From: Geosiphon pyriformis uo1
Taxonomy: Eukaryota > Fungi > Glomeromycota
Reading direction: 5' to 3'
Length of the DNA stretch: 64,000 bases
NCBI GenBank assembly: GCA_016748015.1
Contig: JAAOMT010000776.1
Coordinates: 679,496 to 743,495 of the forward strand
In this document: positions 1 through 12,552 of the stretch, piece after piece
How positions within the stretch are numbered: the stretch's first letter is position 1
Layout of the letters: each line of letters begins with the position of its first letter
Notes under the pieces: model-generated
Database searches by the model: none
What the model saw: only the letters and a program-made list of their open reading frames with translations
Told to the model about the DNA's origin: nothing
Translations under genes and position numbers: made by a program

Positions 1-489
1 TCCATTAAGTGTTACTAAACGTTTAAGTCGGCGATATTTTTGGTGAGTAAATAAACGTGGACGTCCTGAACGAGGTCTTGAATCAATTGAAACAGTTTCT
101 TTAAATCGTTTTATTGTATCCGAAACTGTTGTCAAGTTGCAATTGACTATGTTGGCAATATCACGATATTTCTTGCCATGCTGTTGTTATAAGCATATAG
201 TATTACGTTGAGCAATCGTTAATTCTTTTTTTGCTCCCATTTCGTTTTAATAAAAACGACGAAAAAATTTTATATGCGCGTTACATTTCATTTTTATAAA
301 AAAACGAGTATGAATAAAATCGATTATGCGCGTCGCGAAAAAACATTATACACGCGTGTTTAAAAAATAAAAAACGCGTAATTAAATAATTAACTAACTT
401 AATTTAGTAATAAACTCGTGCTTTTCTAATTATTCAAGCATGTGGAATGTTACTCCAAAGTTTGTTCGAAAACTTTTGGACACCCTCTG
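1..489 (-). mobile_element. Tc1/mariner DNA transposon, 5' end (runs off the window start), with transposase pseudogene 240..1
   Basis: Minus strand starts TA|CAGAGGGTGTCCAAAAGTTTTCG (TA at 490-491), a Tc1-type terminus. From ATG at 240 it reads MGAKKELTIAQRNTICL*QQHGKKYRDIANIVNCNLTTVSDTIKRFKETVSIDSRPRSGRPRLFT, a paired-like HTH plus GRPR motif, with an in-frame TAA at 187-189. The partner TIR lies outside the window. Confidence 0.85.
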
Positions 490-751
490 TATTATTTCTG
501 GAGCTCCACGTATTTTGATGGTTAAAATAAATTTTTATTTATAAACCGAGCAAGATTTAAAGTAAACTATATTTTAAACCACTCATCTTTTAAATAATTT
601 CTAACTTTTGCAGGATTTATCGTGTATCATTAAACAAATCTTATCGTACATTGTTTTACATTTTTGAGAAATACAACTAAAACTGAAATACACTAAAAGT
701 TTTTNNNNNNNNNNNNNNNNNNNNNNNNNNNNNNNNNNNNNNNNNNNNNNN

Positions 752-1759
752 NCATCCCCAACCGCTTTTGGCCTTATATTTATTACCACTGCCATTGGAA
801 TTACCATTTCCGGATCCAATGTTTCCATTACCATTACCATTACCATTACCATTATCACCAATAGCGGTTTCGCCGCCTACACCAGAGCCGGAACTAATTG
901 CAGTTACAACTTGATCAGGAGATTTATTGGTGACAACAACGGTTTTAGTTTGTCCTGGAACATATGAAGTAATAGTGGTTGTGCTTCCTGCGCCAACGGC
1001 AGTTACAACGGCAGTCCTCGTTGGTCCTGGGACAAATGAAGTAATAGTGGTCGTGCTTCCTGCACCAACGGCAGTTACAACAGCGGTCCTCGTTGGTCCT
1101 GGGACAAATGAAGTAACAGTGGTCACGCTTCCTGCACCAACGGCAGTTACAACAGCGGTCCTCGTTGGTCCTGCGACAAATGAAGTAACAGTGGTCACGC
1201 TTCCTGCACCAACGGCAGTTACAACAGCGGTCCTCGTTGGTCCTGGGGCAAATGAAGTAACAGTGGTCACGCTTCCTGCACCAACGGCAGTTACAACAGC
1301 GGTCCTCGTTGGTCCTGCGACAAATGAAGTAATAGTGGTCACGCTTCCTGCACCAACGGCAGTTACAACAGCGGTCCTCGTTGGTCCTTGGACAAATGAA
1401 GTAATAGTGGTCGTGCTTCCTTCGCCAACGGCAGTTACAACGACGGTTTTAGTGCCTTGAGCCAGAGTTACAGTAGTAGTGATAGTCTTTGGTTGTGGCG
1501 CGAAAGTCTCGGTTACATATACAACTCCTTTATTGCCATTTCCATTGCCATTACCATTTCCATTACCAATGTTCCCGTTACCGTTACCGTTACCGTTTCC
1601 ATTGCTACCAAATTGGTAATTCAGGGCTTCACTCAAACCATCCACACCTGAACCGTACGAATCGTAGCTACTACCCGATTTCGATCCTGTTCCAACCGGA
1701 TTGGCGGCGACAAGTAGTGCGTTCAAGAGAAAACCTACGAAAACTGAAGCAGTCTTCAT
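752..1759 (-). CDS. Secreted Thr/Val-rich repeat protein 1 (7 x 24-aa repeats, Asn/Gly motifs on both sides)
   Basis: Signal peptide MKTASVFVGFLLNALLVAA|NPV; repeat PTRTAVVTAVGAGSVTTVTSFVxG; NG motifs at about 1527-1603 and 780-856. The 3' end runs into the gap as ...SGWG then TGn, so the stop may be TGA at 752-754. The ORF-track end at 677 is read-through of Ns. Confidence 0.9.
930..1460 (-). repeat. 72-bp coding tandem repeat, about 7 copies
   Basis: GCRGTCCTCGTTGGTCCT recurs at 1011, 1083, 1155 and onward with a 72-bp period. Confidence 0.95.
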
Positions 1760-1861
1760 TTTCTGTCGTGAGATTGAGAATTAAAGCCCGTAAGGTTTCT
1801 CAAAAAGATCAGTTTTGAAGTCCTCTTTGTGAATGATGGAAAGAGTTTTCTTCGAAAGCTT

Positions 1862-1873
1862 GCTTTTTTATAT
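1862..1873 (-). promoter_or_regulatory. Candidate TATA box for repeat protein 1
   Basis: TATAAAAAAGC on the minus strand about 110 bp upstream of the ATG; weak evidence in AT-rich DNA. Confidence 0.3.
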
Positions 1874-4800
1874 CAAATTTGTGTTTTTCACCCAGAGGAT
1901 TTTTAAGATTTCAAATGCAATTGTAGTTTCCGTGTTCATCTTTGTCTAAACATTTCTGCAAGCGAGATTCCAATATTGGATTGTTTACTTTTTTAATTCA
2001 ATAAATTGATTATCCGATTTTGGACAGTTTTTAATCTTCCAAAGGCTTTTGACAATTAATGGATGATCAATTTCTTTGTGGTTCATAAACGCTTTTTTAC
2101 ATAGTTTGACAGCACGGAGAATTTTAACAAATAATTCTATTTTTAATGATGAAAGAAACGTTTTTTCCAAAAAATTATTTTTACCATCTCAGAATGATTG
2201 TCAAGAACTTTCGAGAGTGGGCGCAAACATTTTATTTGGAAAATCATCCAGTTTAGGCAATATTCAATGAAAATAGGTTTAAATAATACACAAATATTAC
2301 CAAATTAAATCATTGTATAGGAAATTTCGAATCTCTTTTCTTTCCCGATTGCACGCAAAAGATAACAGGTCCTGTTTACATTATTAAAGAATATTTTTAA
2401 TACTTTCCCGTTTGAACAAATATCGGGAGAAAGGCACTGTGGATTGTTTATTTTTTTGTTTAGACCCTAGTGTATTCTACCTTTTCATTTTGCTAAAACA
2501 GGAACTCAATAGAAGAAAATTTTAAGCAAAAAGAAATGATAAAACTTTGCGAAATAAAGATTAGATTCGCACAAAAATTTGATCTATAACCTTCTACATT
2601 AAATTTAGATAGCATGATAACTTACATTCTAGGATTTCAATATTATGATGACTAATTTTTAATCTTTGTTGTTTTTTGAAAATATAATTAGTTGGCTTAA
2701 TGGTAACTAATTAAATCTGGCGCATACAATATCGAAGCTTGACTCATTTCTGCATGTTATTAATGCTATCACATCGTGAGAATTCTTCAAAAAATGCTAA
2801 AAGTGTTTTTTTTTTGGTTTAAGACGAGTTAAGTAAATAAAAGTTTTTATTTATTTAAAGAAATCTTTCTTAAGTTACCAAATCTTCTCATTTCCACATT
2901 CTATAATAATAATAATAATAATAATTGATTGACGTTGTTTGGAAGGTAATTTTCTAGTCATTAAAAGCTCGTCTCAATAATTTTACTAAAAATTTTAACT
3001 TTAAGAGCTTGATGCCGCCGAAATTATTTTTGACCGGTTTTTTAGAGTAAAAATTTAGCTATTGTTCATGTTGAGATCAACTTTCGTTTTTAGCATTAAA
3101 AGTGTTGGTTCATTAACAACAAAAAACTTGATTTTATTTAGAGCGAATATCAAGAATCAGGCAATCAAGTTGGATCACAAGCAAAATTTGATTCAAGAAT
3201 TTTTTTGATCCAATTTGTAGCTGTTAAAACATTTTTCTTTGTTCAATACAAATTTATCTTAATGGAGACAAAAAGTTTAATGTGCGAATTGATCAACATC
3301 ATTTTTGGCAAAGAATTTCATTCAATTATATATCTTTCAATAGGATTTTGATTCCCATTGCACGACGATCGGTCAATAATTTTCGGCAAGAAATGCTTTA
3401 GCTACTCGATTTGTATTGAAAGTGCCATCTTTTCTCAAGTATCCCGTTAACCTCCTAAACATACTGTTGCAAAGTTTCATCATAAAACTTAGAATTCATA
3501 ATATGCCGAAAACAAAATAGTTTAGTTTTTTCCTTCATACAAAAACCATCCAAAGCAAAAAACTTTCTACGACCTTTTGGTCTTGGACGAACTAGGCGTT
3601 TTCTCTTTTGTCAATGTTCAATTGTGGTTGGGAACAGTTACAATGCTATTTGATCAGAGAGATAAGGTTTTTTTTCCAGTTATCAACAGGTTTCAGTTTT
3701 TAAACTTTCATTATCATTGGCGTATTATTTGGTAGATTTTTTATACATGCAAGTGATTTTAAATGTTAACCAATTGTGCGATATGAAATGTCTACTCCAT
3801 TTGTATCTAGTTTAGTAACATTTTTTTTTTGCATAAACAAAGAATTTTATGAATATATTGAACTAATTTTTTACGATAAATGTTCCATCATCTTCATACT
3901 TATAATAAATTTTGTTTTATTGCGTTTTATTCAGATCTTGTTGAGTAAAAAATGAATTTTTTTTTATAATTTGTAACATTTAAAAGAGTTTTAATTATTA
4001 ATTAAAAATATAATTTCTTCAATATATTTCAAAATACCAAATACTTAAAATATTGTAATTAATGATTAAAAAATAATAGTATTAAAAAGTTGAATGAAAA
4101 AATTCATATAATTACCGACAACATTTATTCATTCAAGAAACACTGAATAAATTAAATTATTACAGAACCATAACCAAATTTTTGCTTGATAAAAAACATA
4201 ACATTATTATTATAAATATTTTATTGACTAAAAATTTATGACTAAATTAATTTATAATATTCTAGTTTAAAGATACAAAGTATTTATTTAAAAAAAAATA
4301 GAATAGAGATTTTATTAAGATAAAAATTAAAAGAATTTTGATTAATCAATAAGAATAAAATATTATCAAAAATAAAAAAATTATATATATGGCAATAAAT
4401 CAATTATTATATAATATAATGTTATATTATAATATTTTAATTTATACTTCAAAATTTAGATTGAAATTTTAAATTGAAATATCAATTTTATTATGAAATT
4501 AAATTATGATTACATTTTTAAATTAGATTATTATTAAATTTTATGATTGTTTTTGATTTGATAATAATGTAGATTATTATATATTCAAAAAAAAAATTAT
4601 TAACAAATTATATAAATAGTAAAGAAATATTTAAAATATTTAATATTTATTTTAGATTCAATAATTAATAACAATAAGATAAGTTTTGAAAAAAAAAATT
4701 TGTTGAACGATTTTGCAACATTTAATTAAAATTAATAAAAAATTTTAATTAACAAATTGTTGTGCACATTATATTATTATTAATTTAAAACATAAAAAAC

Positions 4801-5307
4801 TATATATTCAAAAAAATATTTTGATTATTCTGCAAAATTTTACTAAAAAAATAGTTTCTTTAGAGTTTCGAATTCATATCTTTATTAATAATTAAAGATT
4901 TTTCAAAAAAACATAATTTTATAAAATCTTTATAAAAAAACTCCATTTCGTGATCAATTAGTTGAATATATTGCAAAAAAATAGAGTTATTCAAATCTCA
5001 AATATCGATAAAATAAAAAGACTTTAAACATCTTTTATTAATAGAAATACCAAAAATGATCTTTCTTAATAAAATACAAAAATGATAAATTGTTACAAAG
5101 AACATCATCTAAATTAATAGTATGACAAAAAGAAAGAGAGTAGTACAATAAGTCTGCTAAAAAAATACATTCATGAGTATTACACTGTGATAAAAAAAAT
5201 ATCTTTTTCTATGGAAGAAATATTCTGAAAGTCTGAATTGATGAATCTTTCAGTAGATCGGTTTGAAAAATTACAAAAAGCCATAACCAGTTAAATCATC
5301 AGTTGAA

Positions 5308-6387
5308 TTACCAATCAGTACCATATTTACTACCACTATAACCACCACCACCACCTATATTACCTAATAAACCACTTAAATCAAAAGCGGCACTTTTAGA
5401 ATTTCCATTTCCGTTTTCATTACCATTGTTACTACCATAGTTCTTGCTTCCGTTACTGTTTCCATTACCACTACTTCCGCCTCCATAACTACTTCCGCCT
5501 CCATAACTATATCCGCCTCCATATCCGCCAGCAGCAATAGTTGGGCCTGCTACGGACTTGGTCACGGTTTGGTACACAGGATTACCGGTGACATATACGA
5601 CCGTGGTTGATGTGACTGGGTCCGCATAACGTGTTGAAGTTACGTAACGAGTGGCTGCGGGTTCATAATAAATACTAGTCGAATAGACAGTTTGTTGTGG
5701 TGCGTTAACAGTTACCACACGAGTGGCTGGGGCTGGATAATAAGTACTAGTGACATAGACAGTTTGTTGTTGAGCGTTAACAGTTACCAAACTAGTGGCT
5801 GGGGCTGGATAATAAGTACTAGTAGCATATACAGTTTGTTGTGGTGCGTTAACAGTTACCAAACGAGTGGCTGGGGCTGGATAATAAGTACTAGTGGAAT
5901 AGACAGTTTGTTGTGGTGCGTTAACAGTTACCAAACGAGTGGCTGGGGCTGGATAATAAGTACTAGTGGAATAGACAGTTTGTTGTTGAGCGTTAACAGT
6001 TACCAAACGAGTGGCTGGGGCTGGATAATAAGTACTAGTGGAATAGACAGTTTGTTGTTGAGCGGTAATAGCTACAACCTTAGTGGCTGGGGCTGGATAA
6101 TAAGTACTAGTGGAATAGACAGTTTGTTGTTGAGCGGTAACAGCTACAACCTTAGTGGCTGCTGGTGCATAATAAACGCTATTCCCACCGACTTCGCCTT
6201 GATTAACGTATTTTTGGCCGGAGTTATAGTTGCCATTGTAAACTCCATTACTATCACCAACATTTCCATTACCGTTGTAATTACCATTTTCATTAGCACT
6301 ATCAACACTTCCACTAGAATAAGTTTTAACAGGATTTGCAAAAATGAGAGCGGCGTTTAAAAGAAGTCCTAGTAAAAGAGAACGCAT
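5308..6387 (-). CDS. Secreted Thr/Val/Tyr-rich repeat protein 2 (7 x 24-aa YYPAP repeats, Asn/Gly motifs on both sides, Gly/Tyr tail), 359 aa
   Basis: True ATG at 6387: MRSLLLGLLLNAALIFA|NPV, similar to the signal peptide of protein 1. Repeat YYPAPATRLVTVNAxQQTVYSTST; GGYGGGYSYGGGSSYGGG segment; uninterrupted ORF. Confidence 0.92.
   Translation of the reverse strand: MRSLLLGLLLNAALIFANPVKTYSSGSVDSANENGNYNGNGNVGDSNGVYNGNYNSGQKYVNQGEVGGNSVYYAPAATKVVAVTAQQQTVYSTSTYYPAPATKVVAITAQQQTVYSTSTYYPAPATRLVTVNAQQQTVYSTSTYYPAPATRLVTVNAPQQTVYSTSTYYPAPATRLVTVNAPQQTVYATSTYYPAPATSLVTVNAQQQTVYVTSTYYPAPATRVVTVNAPQQTVYSTSIYYEPAATRYVTSTRYADPVTSTTVVYVTGNPVYQTVTKSVAGPTIAAGGYGGGYSYGGGSSYGGGSSGNGNSNGSKNYGSNNGNENGNGNSKSAAFDLSGLLGNIGGGGGYSGSKYGTDW
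5670..6175 (-). repeat. 72-bp coding tandem repeat, about 7 copies
   Basis: ATAATAAGTACTAG recurs at 5881, 5953 and neighbouring units with a 72-bp period. Confidence 0.95.
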
Positions 6388-6522
6388 TTTAAAATGAATT
6401 TTCTTTTTACGAATTGGAAGTGAAGTGAAAAACAATGAAATGTAAGTGCTTGATATATATTTTTTTCTATCAAGTTACTTTGGAATGAGGATAAAATTAT
6501 TAAAGTCTCTGTGAAGGACCTT

Positions 6523-6533
6523 GGCTTTATATA
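6523..6533 (-). promoter_or_regulatory. Candidate TATA box for repeat protein 2
   Basis: TATATAAAGCC on the minus strand about 140 bp upstream of the ATG, a position similar to the motif before protein 1. Confidence 0.3.
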
Positions 6534-9500
6534 TTTTTTCACCTTTAGAGAAGTTAAAAAATTTTCGCGGTTATTCCCGATTAACAACAAATAATGAAAA
6601 GTAATCGTAACGGTGATCAAGTATTTTACATGTATTTGTTCATAAATGATATTTAATATAGGTAAAGGTAAATCGGGAAATAGAAATCGAAAAAGAATTC
6701 TTTGGAACATTGTATAGAAAGAAATAAAAACTTGTTTGATTTATTTACAAAAATTGAGAAAATCGGTAAGTTTAAAAAATGAAAATAGAAATTTCTTTAA
6801 TGACGATATATTATGTTAAAAACAAGTTTTTTCTTTTTAATAATTCTTAATTTTTGATTCTTTTAAAAACTTTTCTTTTTCACTTTACCAACATCATAAA
6901 TTATTTTTTTTTTTTGATTCCTGGGAAAAAAACAGAAAAGATTTAAAATAAGAAAAATTTTATTTGAAAGAATATTATGATTAAAATATATCTTAAAATT
7001 TAATCATTAAACCTTTGTCAAAAAAATTAAAATTTTTTTAAACATTTTACATCTCATAAAATGAAATTAGTATTGAGAAAAAGAAAAAGAAAAAGAAAAA
7101 GAAAAAGAAAAATAAAAAGAAAATTTAAAATTGATTATTCATATATTTAATTTTAATTAAAACTTTTCTAAAACTTTGAAAATTAATCTTGTTTTATTAA
7201 ATGAATTGTGAATTCGAAAAAAAAAAACTACTATAAATTCTTGGAAAGAAATCTCGGTTTAAATTAAAGAATTACATTTTCTTCTGTCTCATAAAACTAG
7301 AGATCAAATAGAATTCACATGGACCAAAGATTATCATCACAAAATACTTTTGGAAACACTTCATTTAAAAAAAATTAAATTTTTAAAGTAAATAGAAATT
7401 CTTTCTGCAAACTGATCTAAGAGGTTCGATTTATTCCTGTGAAAAAATTATTCAAAATCCCTTTTGAAGATCAATATTAATTGTTTACTTCTTCTTCTTC
7501 TTATTCTCTAACTTAAATTCGAGAAAACTAATCTTTTATGTAACTTTTTTTCATCATGATCATCATGATCATCATCATCATCAGAAATTTGATAATTGAA
7601 TAAAAATTAGCATGATTATAAAAATAAATAATCTCATAAAGATAAAATATTTTTAAAAAACTAGGACCAATTAAATAATTAGAGTATACTTAAATATCCA
7701 ATTTTACATTTATGATCTTTAGATGTTGGTTGGTTGGTTGGTTGGATGAAAAATTTTAGTAATTTTTATTTTTATTATAAAGAAGATCGTGAAAAAATAT
7801 ATTTAAAAAATTAGTAATATAGATTTTCTGAATACAAAAATATTGCAAAGTGCATCTTTTATTCAAAAAAAATAAAACCAACTAAAAAAATAAATATATG
7901 GACCTCTTTCAAAATTGGTAAAAATGATTACCATATTTTGTAAAGTAATATAAACTTTTTTTTTGGAAAATGACAAAACAAAGATGCAAACTAAAAAAAT
8001 GAGTCGATCATGTATAAATCTAGATTAACTAAAACTTGAGTTTTTAAATCAATTTCAGTTAGTGTAAGGGGTTATATTTTCCTTGTTAAACCGCTCTTGA
8101 TTATTCAGGCATTTTATAAAGTCTCTCATTAAATTGTTTAGATTAGAAATTCTAATCCAAATTATATGGTAAATATTTAGCGGGTGATTAAAATTAATTT
8201 AAAATATGCCAATTTCAATTTTGAAAAATTAAGAAATATGATATCGATATTATCCTTGGAAAATTGCGCTTTATAATTGGAGATTTTTTATTTCATTTTT
8301 CTCTATAATTTTATAATAAATTAAGAAATTTTTCTTAATAATTAAAAAATTCCTCCTTTAATAATTCCAAATGAATACTTGCCGCTTCCAAATTTGAATT
8401 TGTGAAAATTAATCAAATCAACACCTCAGACTAACTTTGGAATTTTTAAAAAATAAATTTTCCATTGAGATTTGCTTTTCGATATGAAGGCACCTGATGG
8501 AATATTAAAAAAAAATGAAAAACATAACATCGGGAATGTCCTTTCTAAAATTGCTCATCTTTGTTAATATTTTTGAAAAATATTTCAATCTTCCAAGCGA
8601 TTCTCCCATTCATAAATTAACTTTTCTCATCGAAATCTAACTCTGATAGATTACGCAATTATGCATTGTTGGATGCAAATATCCCAATTGAAATGTCCGA
8701 CTTTTTTATTTATCAAATATTTAAAACATTACTACCAAAAACCGAAGTTTTTTAGCTGTTTTAAAGATTTTAACAGGAATTATGACATATTTTATTATTA
8801 TATTCTCAACCAACAATATGATTTTGATTATCTTATTTCTAGAATATTTTCTGGCTAATTAAATGAATGACAGAATAAATCATTTGACAAGTATCGAGTC
8901 TGTTTTTGAATAGTCTTGTCGGATTTTACATGAGTTCTTAACAAAACATCCATAAATTAAAAAAATTACCCAGAATTGGATTTTTCTTAACGAACCCTAG
9001 TCATTTTTGAATAGAGGTTAACCAATGTATATAATATTCATGACCCCTTTAAGATCCTTTTCTTTTAATTTATTCTTGGAATTAGAAAGCCATTTATAAT
9101 AGTTTTAAAAAAAATATGTTCTAAATTTTCTTGAAAGCACAAAAAAAAAATTGAATAATAAATTTATATAAAAAAACCTAACACACATTATTTTATATAA
9201 AAATAAAATTATTACAATGTGAAGACTTATTAAAATAAATTAAAAGATTTTGAACTAAAAAAAAAATAAAAAATATCAAAAATAAATAAATAAATAAAAT
9301 ACAAAATAATAATTGATATTAATCAAACTAAAAGATTTTCTAATAAGAAAAGAGCTGTATATATATATATGATTATTGATAAATTATAAGAGAAAGACAT
9401 ATATATATATATAAATTATATTAAGTTTTGCAATTTATAATGTAAGTAAAAATTATATTAATAATATAAATAAAAAAAAATAATTAACTGAAAAAATAAT

Positions 9501-9811
9501 TAAATAAAAGATAATATTAATTAATTTAAAAAAGTAATCAAATAAAAGATCTTTTTTTGACTAATTAAATAAAAAATAATTAGTATAAATTGAGAAAAAT
9601 TTTGATAACCAAATTTTAAAAAAATAATCCAAATAACAAATAATAATTTTTTTTTTGGGGGGGGGGGAAAGTTTTAATTAAATCTAATTTAATCACATCT
9701 ATTTCATATAACATATGCACTTTTTACATAAAACTAACCATCTGAATTTATTTTAAAACTATTCTAAATTAAACATTCCAAATAAATTATCTCTTATATT
9801 CTTATGATATA

Positions 9812-11063
9812 CAGTGTGTTGCAAAAAAAATTGGACAAAAATGCACATCACAAAACTTGATACAGTTTAAGTTAGTTTGTGGCGGTTGAATTAGGAAGTG
9901 AATGCTAAGAATAATTGGCTAAATATGATAAATTTTTTTCACGCGTTTTACTAATAATTTTTTTAGACATTTTCTTGCACAATGCTACCTTCCAAGCAAG
10001 AAACACAGCGCCAAACTGTATTATATTTTTGGGATGAAGGGATATGAGACGCAACTGAAATAAAATAGCGAACAAATGTACCATGCTCTATTATCTATAA
10101 TATCCTTAAAAAACAGGAATGGTGGAGCATGCGGGTGGAAATGGTCGGCCGCGAAAAATTAAAGGAGATGCATCATGAACATTAAGACAATACCTCTGTC
10201 GAGATTCTTTAATATCTTTGAGGACTTTGAAAATAAAATTAGCAAAAAAGAATGTAGACATTTCTTCTAGCACTATCCAAAGGCATTTAAATAATCATGG
10301 ATATAAAAAAGACTTGCCTTTGGCAACTCCAATGATCACCAATCTCCACAAGGAAGATTGTGTAAAGTGGGCTCATGAACATCTCAATGATAATTGGAAA
10401 AGAACTGTTTTTTCAGATAAAACAGCTTTTTGTCTATTCCGAAATACAGTAAAACGTTAATATAAAGGCCAGCGCCCAATTCGTGCTATACCAAAAGATC
10501 GAACAAAAATTATGGTGTGGGGTGGTTTTTATGAGAAAGAAAAGGTAAGTTTATTTTGTTTTACCCAAATAATGAATGCTAAATTCTATGTAGAAATTAT
10601 TTACCTGGGATAAGAGGAATGTTAGGGAATGAATGGCGGTTTCAACAGGACAATGACCCAAAGCACACAAGCCGTCTAGCCAAAGCCTTTCTTCAAGAGA
10701 ATATGCCTGAAGTTATAACTTGGCCATCTATTAGTCCTTACTTGAATTCCATTGAAAAATTATGGGCTATTGTGAAAAGGAATGTGGAGAAGCGTATGCC
10801 CAAAAATCGGGATGAATTAGAACAGTTTATGAAGAAAGAGTGGCGAGATATTCCGTGATTTACCCTAATTGGGTTAGTGGAATCAATAAACACCATTGTA
10901 AGATGATAATTGCGAATATGGGGGAAAGAATATCATACTAATTTTTTTTTAATAAAATCATATGCTTTTTAGCTTTCTAATGGTATATAATTTATATCTT
11001 TTGGTGAATTGGATAAAGTACAATGATTATTTTTTTCCGTCCAATTTTTTTTGCAACACACTG
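9812..11063 (+). mobile_element. Full-length (1252 bp) Tc1-family DD34E transposon, non-functional
   Basis: Perfect 25-bp TIRs CAGTGTGTTGCAAAAAAAATTGGAC (9812-9836 and 11039-11063), flanked by TA on both sides. Confidence 0.95.
9982..10941 (+). pseudogene. Tc1 transposase pseudogene
   Basis: Motifs GRPRK, WKRTVFSDK (FSDE), MVWGGF, FQQDNDPKH and WPSISPYLNSIE, with 34 residues between the second D and the E. Several stops and frameshifts. Confidence 0.93.
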
Positions 11064-12552
11064 TAAATATTTAAAAAAAATTGCAATTACTAATCTTTTT
11101 AAAGAAATCTAAAAATTGAAAAATAATTCAAATCGTTAACAAAAATAATACAATAATTATATTTATATGTCTTAATTATTACTAATTCAATAACAAATAT
11201 CAGGTATAATTAAATAAAATACAATAAATTATATAGCGATTCAAAAATAAAAAATAAAACTACTTTTAAATTCAAGAAAGCTTTTAATAGTACAGTTATT
11301 AAAACTAATATTTTGTATTTATTAGAAAATTTTTAAATATTTTTATTGCTATAAGTATCAAAATTTGAAACATCTAGTTTTGATTATGAAACTATTTTTT
11401 TTGGTTTACAAAATAATTTTTTAAGTCTTTTGTTACATTTAAAATTCTAGTTAATTGTTTTGGTAACTTTTTGTTCTATGTTAAGATTGTTAGTTTTCTA
11501 TTATATTACATATTTTTTAATGTTGTTTATAAATTTAGATTAAGTTTGCTTAAAATAAAGTTGTAGAATTGGTCTAATATAATAAAATTGGTTAAGAAAA
11601 AATTGGATTTTATGTGGATATTTAGAAAAATCCTGTTAAAAAGATTAGAATCTATTTTATTTTATTAAAAGTATAGACTAAATATGTTATAAAGTGATTA
11701 TTAGTTTGCTTAAAAGCTTTGATCAGTTTAAATATAAAGAAAAACTTATTTTATCAATATTTTTAATTTTAAAGTTTAATTTTAAATTATAATTAATTAT
11801 AATAAATTATATAAAATATTCAAAATTTTTTATCTCAAAATTAACTAATTTGTTAAAATTTTTGGCTTATAAGATGTATAATAACTGTGGTAATATTAGT
11901 TTATATAAATATTTCAGCTTTTTTTGTAATAGCCAAAACTTTTGGAATATTTAATTATATAATGTCTAAAATTTCTGTTTGAATTTCCAAAGTTGTTTTT
12001 TTTAAGAGTTTTATATTTTCTAAAATTTTACCAAGTTTTTTATTATATTCAAATTGTTTTTTATATTAATTGATCAGATATTTTATTTTCTTTTATTAAA
12101 ACTAATTACTTTAACAGAATTTGCTTTAAAATATCATGAAAAAGTTCTAGTACACGGACCATGAATGGCTTTCAAAAATTTCAGGTTTAATTAGGTGACT
12201 AATTTTAGAGTGAAAAGAAGACCTGACAATACTAAAAGACAAGCCAATATAATCGTACTAAAAGAAACTAGAATGAATTAAGCTAAAGAATTCTCTATTC
12301 CTTATGAAATTAAAGCGAAAGAGTAGATCATCTCTGACACATTAAAGAGTGGAAAGGATAGTTTAAAATACAAGTGTTGGACGTTTTTAGGACCTAACTT
12401 TCTCAAAAAAACTAATATAAACAATTTATTCGTACAAAGTTTTTAAATTTTCTCTAATAAATTATACAATTTGGTATCAAGTGGGAATCAGAAGTTTGTT
12501 TTTCTATGTATTGATATCATCAAAGCCGAGTCGATTAACTCGAAGTGTTCAT

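Noticed and set aside
927-1460. Plus-strand ORFs overlapping genes 1-3 (927-1460, 1457-1651, 1489-1818, 5692-6360)
   Set aside because: Antisense shadows of repetitive coding sequence; the signal peptides and ATG starts are on the minus strand.
11250-12110. Possible piggyBac-like relic on the minus strand
   Set aside because: Only faint motif resemblance; too degenerate to support.
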